64,000 nucleotides of DNA. Origin: a virus. The position numbers and the translations under genes were made by a program. The notes below the pieces were generated by a model, which searched no databases, was not told where the DNA came from, and worked only from the letters and a program-made list of their open reading frames with translations. Below are positions 50,595 to 59,751 of this stretch, piece by piece (the stretch's first letter is position 1; every line of letters begins with the position of its first letter). The DNA lies in IMG/VR virus record IMGVR_UViG_3300031455_000001, positions 1-64,000 of that record; one strand, given 5' to 3'.

Positions 50595-52739
50595 TTATTG
50601 TGTTAAAGATGTAAAATCATCTTTTTTAAGATACTTTCCAATACCAGCGTTTGAAGCTCTATAATAACCAGCCTCTTTATATTCTTCTTCTAATAAATAA
50701 TAAGAAACTACATGACTACCGTTTTTAGACTTCATCACTTGACTTCCTTGAGCCGTTTTACTTGTTTTTGAGTTGACCATTGAAGTATTGAATACTAACG
50801 CTTTATCAATAGAGGAGATCGCTAACATGTCAACGTCTTCATGTGTATGTTTGAAAACTAATGGTTTTTTATTCGCATATGCATTCTTAAGCATCGATCT
50901 ATTCTGTTTAGTTTGATAGGCTGATAACTCAATCTTTGCAACTTTACCATCATCAAACCCGATAAGTAAATTGCCAGAATAATCATTAGTGACGGTTACG
51001 TAAAGAATCTTTTCATCATTTTCTAACTCTAAGAGAGTAGGCAGGTATTCTCCTAAGACAGATGGTTTATGATCTTTTATTTCATATGATTTATATTTAA
51101 AGACATTTTTCTGGTCTGTGAAAACCAAAATATCTGAATTGTTAGTTGTCTCGAACTCGCTAATGATCCTATCTCCATCTTTAACGTTAATAGCGAAGTT
51201 ACCACGTAATGATGTGAGAGGAATTTTCTTTATATATCCTTCTTTAGTTATAAAGATTTTTACATTATAATTATCTACGGTTAGAGATTCACTTTCAATT
51301 TTAGGTACATCTGAGATATTTATGATATTTGATTTGCGCTCTTGTCCGTATAGATCTTTGACAATCTTAAGTTGACTAATTATTAGCTTTGCAATTCTCA
51401 TTTTGCTGTTAATCAGATCTCTAAGATCAGCGATTTCATTTTCAAGAGTATCAATTTCATTTGTACGTTGAATTAAATACTCTTTATTTAAATGTCTTAA
51501 TTTAATTTCTGCAACAAATTCAGCTTGCAATCTATCTATGTCAAAAGCCTTAATAAGATTGTTTACAACCTCACTATTAGACTTGGTTTCACGAATAATC
51601 TTAATAGCTTTGTCAACATCAAGAAAAACTTTTTTAAGAGCTAATAACAAATGCCTCTTCTCTTCTTTCTTTGTAATTTCAAAATTGAGTCCTCGCTTAA
51701 TTGCTCCAGAGCGAAATTTTAACCATTCGTTAATAATTTGTTTTACGCCCAACACTTTAGGTCTTCCATCTACAATTATATTAAAATTGCAACCAAAAGA
51801 AGATTGCAATGGTGTGAGTTTAAATAACTTCTCCACTAAAAGCTCTTTGTTGGTATTGTTTTTTATAGTAACTTCAATGCCTTTAGAGTCTTTCCCATAA
51901 ATATCTTCAACATCTACAATATCTTTTATTTTTCCATCTTTAACAAGTTGAGAAATTTTTTCAATAACTACTTCGAAATTCGTATTATATGGCATTTCCT
52001 CAAATATAATTGAATTTTTTTTAATTATATACTTCGCCCTAATATCAAAAGAGCCGCGACCAGTATTGAAGATATTATTAAATGCAGTTTCGTTGTAGAC
52101 AATGCTTCCGCCAGTAGGGAAGTCTGGTGCTTTAACATGCTCTGATACTTCAACTTTCGGATTCATGATGAGGGCAATTGTAAGATCGATAATTTCATTC
52201 AAATTGAATGATGCAATATTGCTTGCCATACCTACTGCCATTCCGCTTTGAGGATTGACAAGAATATTTGGAAATGTAACTGGAAGCAGTTTTGGTTCTT
52301 TTAAAGTATTATCGTAATTATCAATCATATCTACTGTATTTTTATCAATGTCTTTAAAAAGCTCTTTTGCAACATCTGATAATCTTACTTCAGTGTAGCG
52401 CGCTGATGCGTATTTCATGTCTCTAGAATATTGTTTGCCAAAATTCCCTTTAGAATCGATGAACGGTAGCAAGAGCGATTCTGCATCTACAGACATTCTC
52501 ACTAATGTTTCATAAATACTCATATCGCCATGTGTATGTAGAAACATAGTCTGCCCTACTACCCCTTGAGATTTTTTCCTAGAGCCTTTTAACAATCCCA
52601 TCTTCATCATGGTGTATAAAATACGTCTTTGAGATGGTTTAAAGCCATCAATTTCTGGTAGCGCTCTGTCAGTAATGACATAGGCTGAATATGGCATGTA
52701 ATTCTTCTCTAGAGCTTCTGTTATGTTTTGTTTAAGCAA
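50595..52739 (-). CDS. Type IIA topoisomerase subunit A (GyrA/ParC-like)
   Basis: RALPEIDGFKPSQRR, HTHGD, ARYTE catalytic Tyr, PDFPTGG; short CTD. Confidence 0.93.
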   Translation of the reverse strand: MLKQNITEALEKNYMPYSAYVITDRALPEIDGFKPSQRRILYTMMKMGLLKGSRKKSQGVVGQTMFLHTHGDMSIYETLVRMSVDAESLLLPFIDSKGNFGKQYSRDMKYASARYTEVRLSDVAKELFKDIDKNTVDMIDNYDNTLKEPKLLPVTFPNILVNPQSGMAVGMASNIASFNLNEIIDLTIALIMNPKVEVSEHVKAPDFPTGGSIVYNETAFNNIFNTGRGSFDIRAKYIIKKNSIIFEEMPYNTNFEVVIEKISQLVKDGKIKDIVDVEDIYGKDSKGIEVTIKNNTNKELLVEKLFKLTPLQSSFGCNFNIIVDGRPKVLGVKQIINEWLKFRSGAIKRGLNFEITKKEEKRHLLLALKKVFLDVDKAIKIIRETKSNSEVVNNLIKAFDIDRLQAEFVAEIKLRHLNKEYLIQRTNEIDTLENEIADLRDLINSKMRIAKLIISQLKIVKDLYGQERKSNIINISDVPKIESESLTVDNYNVKIFITKEGYIKKIPLTSLRGNFAINVKDGDRIISEFETTNNSDILVFTDQKNVFKYKSYEIKDHKPSVLGEYLPTLLELENDEKILYVTVTNDYSGNLLIGFDDGKVAKIELSAYQTKQNRSMLKNAYANKKPLVFKHTHEDVDMLAISSIDKALVFNTSMVNSKTSKTAQGSQVMKSKNGSHVVSYYLLEEEYKEAGYYRASNAGIGKYLKKDDFTSLTQ

Positions 52740-52783
52740 ATTTATATCACTCCTTACTTGTTAATATATCATTATTTATTGCA

Positions 52784-54739
52784 TTAATCAAGCGATTCTT
52801 TTAGGTATTCGTGAAGATTATCTTCAATAAACTGCTTTCTTTCTTCTAGGTTATCACCAAGAAACATGTTAAATGCTTTAACGGTTTTTTCAACATCTTC
52901 AGGTACAACTTGAATCAATTTTCTAGTTTCTGGATTCATTGTTGTTTCCCACATCATTTCTGCTGTGTTTTCTCCCAAACCTTTTGATCTTTGTACAGTA
53001 AAACTACCCTTCATTTTTGAAACAATTAAATCTTTCTCCTTATCACTGTATGCGAAAACAGAAACATCATTCTGTTCTATTTCATATAGAGGTGATTCAA
53101 CAATATAAACACAACCATCTTCAATTAGAGTTGGCATGAGTCGATGAATGAGAGTCAATATTAATGTACGAATGTGGAAGCCATCAACGTCTGCGTCCGT
53201 TGTGATTACAATTTTTGACCATCGCAAATTATTCTTATCAAATGTATGAAGGTCTTTAGCGTGTTTTGATTTTACTTCTACTCCACATCCAAAAAGCCTA
53301 ATCATATCAACTATAATATCGTTTTTAAATATCTTATCGTAGTCAGCCTTTAGACAGTTGAGAATTTTTCCACGCAAGGCATAGATGGCTTGAATTTTCT
53401 CATCTCTTCCCATCTTTGTTGAGCCTAATGCTGATTTCCCTTCTACAAGATATAATTCAGTTTTAGTATTGTCTTTTGATTTACAGTTCACGAAGCCATC
53501 TACTCTATTGCTAAGATTGTTCACTGTTCCAGAGAGCTTCTTTTTGATATCTAATCTTGTTTTTTCCGAATGCTCTCTAACCTTCTTGCTAACCAATACA
53601 TGTTTTGCGATTAAATCCATTTCGCTTTTGTTCTCAATAGAATAAGAAGCAAAGAAATTATCTAAAATATCCCTCATTACCGATTCATAATATTTTACGT
53701 AAGATGCAAACTTGGTTTGATTTGCGAACACAGGAAAATAAGATTTAAAATCAATTACATAATTTAAACCCAATAAAACATCTTCTCTAGTTATTTGCTT
53801 TTCATTCTTTTTATACATTCCATTATCACGAATATATTTATTTAAAATACTACGCAATCCGTTTACCAGTCCATCAAAAATTGTTCCGTGGTGTATTAAA
53901 TTGCTACCATTTAAAAACTCAATCTGTGTACAATCTTCATCTTGTCTTGTGTATTTTATGGAAATTGAGGCTTGTATATCATCTACAACATTTTCACCAT
54001 TCTGTTTAGAATTATGAGATGTATTTTTAGAAAAGTGAATTGTTTCATGGATTGCCTCCAGATCAGAAGTGCTATATTCTAAAAACTCTTTCGTATCTTC
54101 ATAACTATACAATTCTTTTACTCCATTAACCTCATCGAAAACCTCAACTGAGCCATTAATTAAAGATGCTTGCTGAGATGCTATTTCACAAAGCTCTTCA
54201 AATGTGAAGTAATTTCCCTCGTATATATCATCGTCTAAAGTGTATTTGATCTTTGTATATGTATTATCTGATTTTCCAATTATACTTAAAGGTTTTACAT
54301 TTTCACCTTTGTGATAAGAAATTGAGTAAATATTCTTGTCAGGTCTTGACACCTCAAATGTTACATCTTGTGCTGAGAAAGTTAGTACGGTGTTGAAAAC
54401 GCCATTCACCCCAACAGTGTAATCGCTATTGTTTATGCCATTATCATATTTTGTCCCTGCAAACAATGTTTCAAATAGTAATTTATAATTCTCAACTCCC
54501 TCTGAATTTACTCCATCTATAGGAAGTCCTTGACAGTTATCTTCTATCGTTAAAGTCTTATCATTATGTAAAGTGATTTTTATCTTATCTCCATTGCCCT
54601 TATTGATCTCATCTGCACTATTTCCAACCAATTCCTTCACGGTGTGAATGACGGCAATGTGATTGGACGCACCTAACCATACCGAAATCTTTTTTCTAAC
54701 TTTCTCTTTTTCAGTTAACTGCTTTATATTCTCTGACAT
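52784..54739 (-). CDS. Type IIA topoisomerase subunit B (GyrB/ParE-like)
   Basis: ELVGNSADE, DNCQG, VEGKSA, LRGKILN, DADVDGFHI, KGLGEN. Confidence 0.93.
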   Translation of the reverse strand: MSENIKQLTEKEKVRKKISVWLGASNHIAVIHTVKELVGNSADEINKGNGDKIKITLHNDKTLTIEDNCQGLPIDGVNSEGVENYKLLFETLFAGTKYDNGINNSDYTVGVNGVFNTVLTFSAQDVTFEVSRPDKNIYSISYHKGENVKPLSIIGKSDNTYTKIKYTLDDDIYEGNYFTFEELCEIASQQASLINGSVEVFDEVNGVKELYSYEDTKEFLEYSTSDLEAIHETIHFSKNTSHNSKQNGENVVDDIQASISIKYTRQDEDCTQIEFLNGSNLIHHGTIFDGLVNGLRSILNKYIRDNGMYKKNEKQITREDVLLGLNYVIDFKSYFPVFANQTKFASYVKYYESVMRDILDNFFASYSIENKSEMDLIAKHVLVSKKVREHSEKTRLDIKKKLSGTVNNLSNRVDGFVNCKSKDNTKTELYLVEGKSALGSTKMGRDEKIQAIYALRGKILNCLKADYDKIFKNDIIVDMIRLFGCGVEVKSKHAKDLHTFDKNNLRWSKIVITTDADVDGFHIRTLILTLIHRLMPTLIEDGCVYIVESPLYEIEQNDVSVFAYSDKEKDLIVSKMKGSFTVQRSKGLGENTAEMMWETTMNPETRKLIQVVPEDVEKTVKAFNMFLGDNLEERKQFIEDNLHEYLKESLD

Positions 54740-54768
54740 TGAATCACCGTCCTTTTATCTATATGTTT

Positions 54769-54797
54769 ATTATATCATTAATTATTGCACTTGTCAA
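54769..54797 (-). promoter_or_regulatory. Consensus sigA promoter for topoisomerase B
   Basis: TTGACA-17-TATAAT, extended -10. Confidence 0.8.
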
Positions 54798-55524
54798 GAA
54801 CACTTCTTTTAACAAGCTCCATGATTAAGTTTTCGATCTTCTTTTTTAATTCCTCATTAGGTTCAAATGAGTGATATTTCTGCTTTAAATTAACAAATTT
54901 AGAGTCGTGATAATGCTTGATAAAATTTACGAAAACATCTTTTGTAAAAAAACCCTCTCTGATTGATTGCATGAACTCTAAGTCTTCACCTTCATATGTG
55001 ATTGCGCCTTTAAAATCTTCAAAATTAGTTGCTTCAAAATCAACGATCACCTTAAGACATCTATATGCATGTTGGGCTTGTTTTGTATCATAGGAGTATC
55101 TCTCCACCAGATGTTGTGTTCCTTCTGTACCTTTATGTAACAAAGACATCTTTCGATTGTGCATGCCACCACAAGCATTAAATAAGTAGGGCAGATTCAT
55201 TTTAAAAATATCTTTTCTTAGTGAAAAAATCTCTTCTAGTTCTGGATTCCCTTGTGGAATGGTCAATTCATTTGATGCTAACACTTCAAGAAAATTTATA
55301 TTTGATTTAAAAAACAATTGAGATAATTTTCTGACATCATGGATATCATGATCTTCTGTTTCAGTTACCGTCATTTTTGAATACTGTTTTCCTGTATATA
55401 GATCTTCAAATGTTGGAGCAACAAATAATTTATAATCTTTATCAGATTCTTCTGTTGCAAGGTTATAATTCCATGAACCAACAAGGGCTTTTAGTAAAAT
55501 TTCTCTGTCTTCAATTTTCATCAA
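54778..55524 (-). CDS. Pol-beta nucleotidyltransferase (RlaP/Nuc-transf-like)
   Basis: VGSWNYNLATEESDKD, KSNINFLEVL, YDTKQAQHAYR. Confidence 0.8.
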   Translation of the reverse strand: MMKIEDREILLKALVGSWNYNLATEESDKDYKLFVAPTFEDLYTGKQYSKMTVTETEDHDIHDVRKLSQLFFKSNINFLEVLASNELTIPQGNPELEEIFSLRKDIFKMNLPYLFNACGGMHNRKMSLLHKGTEGTQHLVERYSYDTKQAQHAYRCLKVIVDFEATNFEDFKGAITYEGEDLEFMQSIREGFFTKDVFVNFIKHYHDSKFVNLKQKYHSFEPNEELKKKIENLIMELVKRSVLDKCNN

Positions 55525-55526
55525 AT

Positions 55527-56270
55527 TTACTCCTTACTATATAATTCTGGATATTTATCTTTTAAGTAGCTCCAACTTACACCTTTAAGTATAGACCTCA
55601 CTTGGGATATGGAAATACTATATTTTTTAGATAATTCTTTTTGTGTAATTTTACCTTTCCTATATTCTTTTATCATGCAGATAACCGATCCTTCTGCCAT
55701 CTTTGATCTTGGATGTTTTTCTCCAGTATTTAAATCACTCAAATGATTTTTTAAATCATCCCATTCTCCATTTGCAAACTTGTCTTTTCTAGTTTTACTG
55801 ATCTTTATATAGGCTTCATCTGGTAATTTTCTATTACTATAGTCTAAACCCATATGAGATTCGCTTATCTTCTTTTTTGTTTCTTCTGATAATTTCTTAC
55901 CATAATTATAATGTTTTTCACCACTACGATTTTTAAAATTTTCCTTTGTTTCTTCTGAATGTTTGAAACCTAATGTAGAACCTGCGTTCTTAAGTATATT
56001 GTATCCAATCTCTCTATTGTATGACTGCAAATAATCAAGCCAATATTGTTCTCTGATAAGTATAGCATCTACCTCCACTATTTCGATTATTAAAAATTCA
56101 AAAGCCTTTTCTTCGTATTTATTCCAAGCATTTTGTAAATATTTATTTCTGTGCTTATTTCCCCTTAGATTTCTCCTATGATCGGAAAATCTAAGTTTTA
56201 TATTAACAGAGCTACCAATATACATTTTTCCATTAATAACATTTTCTAATTTGTAAATTCCGCTCTCCAC
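55527..56270 (-). mobile_element. Free-standing GIY-YIG homing endonuclease with NUMOD3 motifs
   Basis: GIY.....GKMYIGSS...R, REQYW, GYNI, HSEETK / LSEETKKKISES; GTG at 56270 (the track start MFHVKH is the translated parS). Confidence 0.88.
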
Positions 56271-56289
56271 AACATTACTCTTTCCCTTA

Positions 56290-56305
56290 TGTTTCACATG
56301 AAACA
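56290..56305. promoter_or_regulatory. parS: parS site (1 mismatch)
   Basis: TGTTTCACATGAAACA at the last codons of 56287-56508. Confidence 0.85.
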
Positions 56306-56514
56306 TTTTTTATAATCTCATTTGCTAAATCTAATGCTTCCTCTTTTGTTATTGCCACTACTGCACTAAATTCAGCTTCAAACTCCTCATCATAGTTAAT
56401 TACTTCAATAAAAAATAAATCAGAATTTGCTTCTTCATTATCAATTACTACACGATCTCTTTTATAATCATCTATTTTAGTGAAATATATTTTTTTCATA
56501 TGAATCACTCCTTA

Positions 56515-56530
56515 TGTTTCACGTGAAACA
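56515..56530. promoter_or_regulatory. parS: parS site
   Basis: TGTTTCACGTGAAACA, perfect, between stop codon and AGGAG RBS. Confidence 0.93.
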
Positions 56531-58161
56531 TTTAATAATCCCTTTTTCCACAGTCTTTACAAAGTGGAAAATCAACCAGATTGTGAATAGTCATTTCTAC
56601 ACAACAATCGACACAAAAATCTTTACCGCAAGACTCACACTCTGCAATGTAGTCTTCACTTGTGCTTTCGCACATGTGACAAAATTTATAGTTGCGAATA
56701 TATTCATTATTATCTAACATTTCTCTAATTACTTTAATTTGATCCACCGTTGCGTCTGGATTTCTGTTTAGCCAGTGACCCAATTCATTCCATCTTATTG
56801 CCTGCTTATTTTTATATGTATTACATATTTTCTGAATATGAAAACGTGCTTGATCATTCAAATGAATACTATGTGCAACATTGACCTCATGAATTAATCT
56901 GTCAATCATTTCTTGTGTTAATTTTTCATAATTTTCCACTAGATTAATCTCCTCCTTGTTATGTTCAGATGGGTTACTTGAAACTGTTGGCTTTAATCAT
57001 TCCTAGTAACCCTTCATATATATGTACTTCTCTTTCAATTTCTATTAAAAGTTGAGGTTGCTCCTCATAGATCGTACCTTCGTGATGCTTCAATAATTCC
57101 TTTGACCGTTCTACTCCATCATTCATAAATCCAATTAGGCGATCTATATCGACTTGAATATAAGGATTTTTATCTATTCCTATTTTCGATGAATTACATT
57201 TAAACTCTTTTGAAATGGCTTTGCTAGTCATGCTTTTCCTCATGGTATATAGGAGTAACAGGTGGCATCTTTGGGTTAATTTCGTGACTTGGCTTTTCAA
57301 CTGATAGGCTACTGTTAATCTGTTGAAACGGACGAAACAAGATTCTTACTATAAGTTCAATTGGATTATTTTTTCTCATTAAAAATCCCTCCTTTTGAAA
57401 TTTCAGACATAGGCATGAAATTTCCTTCGTAACATCTCTTGCAGTGGTATATACTTAAGTCTATTTCCTCCCAATAAGTCTTAACCATCTCATTTGATAA
57501 AAATTCATCTCCACAATGGTCGCAATTTCGTTTTGGTTTTACATTTTTCATATAACAACCACCCTTACCACCCTTTTTGTGGACAAAGGTTTAGTTAATA
57601 AGAAACAAATACCTGTTTCCCATCTTCAAAATCTCTCTTAGCAGAAATATATTTTTTATATTCCTCGCAGTATTTTTTAAGTTCATTGAATCCTCTTCCT
57701 GTCTCACTTCTGAATTGCTGTAACGCACTTCTATCATCATCTTTTTCAATCAAAGCCTTTACTTCGTCACTCATATACCTAAAATGGTCATACTGTATGT
57801 CATATCCAGTAAAATCATCTTTTGTTGCAGGTCTGAAAAACATTACCTCCCCTCCTATATCGTTCAACTGTCCGACAGTTTAATCGAACGGTTCGGCTAT
57901 TCTTGACCAACAAATGTGTTGTAATTAGTAGGAATATTTAATTGTACATAAAAGTCTTTTTCGCAATGATCGCATTCCGTTTCAATAACCTCTTCATCTT
58001 CAAATATTTCAAAGCACCTGTTTAAATCAGTTACCTCTTGTTCTTCTCCACAATGAGGACAAATCGGATATTGATTCTTCCATAGCTTTATATCATTATC
58101 TTGATACAATCTTTTACTCATTACTTTCATTCCTCCCTATATGGTTCTATTACGTGGTAAT

Positions 58162-58177
58162 TGTTCCACGTGAAACA
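58162..58177. promoter_or_regulatory. parS: parS site
   Basis: TGTTCCACGTGAAACA matches TGTTNCACGTGAAACA; intergenic. Confidence 0.92.
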
Positions 58178-58214
58178 ATTAGATAAAATTCTTCTATTAT
58201 CCAAATATTATCTC

Positions 58215-58254
58215 CCGAATACTCCCATATGCTACCGAATACTCCCATATGCTA
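58215..58254 (+). repeat. Exact 20-bp tandem repeat with 10-bp sub-period
   Basis: CCGAATACTCCCATATGCTA x2. Confidence 0.9.
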
Positions 58255-58831
58255 CAATTACCTAACCCTTTAATTTAACTTATTTTTTAGGAACTCAATA
58301 AAGTCATCGTCTTCAACATTGTAGAGTTCTATTTCGATGTCTTCAATAATATACCTGTCATAACTTTCTCTCAAAACTCTATACTCGTATTTGCGATTGT
58401 TGAGACTGTTATATTCCCAAGTTAAATTGCTTATTAATTGATTAAACCTTGTGTCTGGTTGTTTTTCCCAAATTTCTTCCAACAAGCTCATGACCACTTT
58501 AATTCTTTTTGGATCTCTAGTGTTATGATTTTTCATTTAAACCACTATTCCTTCTCTTGTAGTTTTCTCGTAGCTTCTCTTTTTTCAGCTTCCTATAGTA
58601 GTCATCTTTATTTACTTTTTTCTCTTTATTACATTTAGGGCAATATAAGATAAGTGATTTGTAAAGCCGAACTTTTCCTACTTCGTCAATGTAGGGCTTG
58701 GTTATTGTATCTATCTCTTCATATTCATGATCGCACTTGTTGCGTGATTTAAAAAAATCTCCTGAATATACTCCTAACCATAACGATGATATAAGGATCA
58801 TTCCGATAATAAAAGTCATATTATCACCTCT

Positions 58832-59287
58832 CTACATTAGTTTGTATAATGTTACTGAATATCCATCAAAGGCATCCATTAAATGATTGTCAACTACGCT
58901 CCATTTTGCGCCACCAAGACCACAGCCAACCCTGTAAGGCATTGCCACTGAGAGGCTGTTCAGTTCAGCAAACTTCCTTACAGTATTGAAACATTGTAAC
59001 AATGCGTCTGTATCAGTGTATTGTTTATCTCTGCCATAATAATTTTGACCAAACATATTAAATATCATTTTATCCTCAACTTTGACTCCTTGGATATACC
59101 CCAGAAGATTCTTTCTTTTTTCATCACTTAGATCTTGTGTTAAGTCTTTGTAATCGTAAAAGACTTGTGGATATTTCTTTTTGATCTGTAAAGCTAAACC
59201 TGCTCCAAAAACTCCTCTGCAATTTACTTGATGTGCAATGATATCTTCCTTAGCCTCTAGAATGTCTCCATAGATAAGCTTTATCAT
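58832..59287 (-). CDS. Macrodomain ADP-ribosylhydrolase (DarG/TARG1-like)
   Basis: GDIL, HQVNC.G.FGAGLA..IK.KYP, AMP..VGCGLGG. Confidence 0.88.
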   Translation of the reverse strand: MIKLIYGDILEAKEDIIAHQVNCRGVFGAGLALQIKKKYPQVFYDYKDLTQDLSDEKRKNLLGYIQGVKVEDKMIFNMFGQNYYGRDKQYTDTDALLQCFNTVRKFAELNSLSVAMPYRVGCGLGGAKWSVVDNHLMDAFDGYSVTLYKLM

Positions 59288-59751
59288 TAAATCACCTCAT
59301 CCATCCCTAAATTGGCAAGTGCATCTGCGCGCTCGTTCCCTTCGTGACCCGCATGACCTTTTATTTTTAAGATTTCAATATCACTTTGTAACGATACAAG
59401 TTCATCTAGCCTTTTCCATAAATCTAAATTTAAAATAGGTTTCTTGTCAGCCTTTCTCCATCCTTTTTTCTTCCATCCTGCAACCCACTGATTAATTCCA
59501 TTTACTACATATGCTGAGTCTGCATAGATGCGTATAGGTGTATCTCTCGTATGTACAGCTTCAAGCGCTTTTATAACTCCTGTTAATTCCATTTGATTAT
59601 TGGAAGCACCTTTTTCACCGCCATACAGCTCTTTTTTTATTTCACCATATTGGAGCAACGCACCCCAACCTCCAATGCTATCAAGGCTTCCATTCCCGCG
59701 GCTTCCACCGTCTGTGTATACGATTATTTCTGACATATTAAATCTCTCCAT
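59287..59751 (-). CDS. rnhA: Ribonuclease HI
   Basis: YTDG, NNQMEL, DSAYV, N.DLW, KGHAGHEGNERAD. Confidence 0.94.
   Translation of the reverse strand: MERFNMSEIIVYTDGGSRGNGSLDSIGGWGALLQYGEIKKELYGGEKGASNNQMELTGVIKALEAVHTRDTPIRIYADSAYVVNGINQWVAGWKKKGWRKADKKPILNLDLWKRLDELVSLQSDIEILKIKGHAGHEGNERADALANLGMDEVI

Larger units (their letters stand above)
56287..58819 (-). other. Array of small hypothetical ORFs (56287-56508, 56532-56939, 56974-~57243, 57366-57551, 57595-~57843, 57897-58130, 58270-58536, 58523-58819)
   Basis: Co-oriented ORFs, most with RBS; several CxxC Zn-ribbon proteins. Confidence 0.6.

Noticed and set aside
17119-54739. Introns or inteins in dnaE, thyA, nrdE/F, topoisomerase
   Set aside because: All are uninterrupted, of normal length and lack intein splice motifs
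56514-56717. ORFs beginning with or containing MFHVKH (56514+, 40505+, the 56306 start)
   Set aside because: MFHVKH is simply the translation of the parS palindrome; these are antisense or over-extended calls
57885-57895. LexA/SOS box CGAACGGTTCG
   Set aside because: Spacer is 1 bp rather than the 4 bp of the Bacillus CGAAC-N4-GTTCG box
58215-58254. CRISPR-like array
   Set aside because: Two abutting 20-bp copies, no spacers, no cas genes
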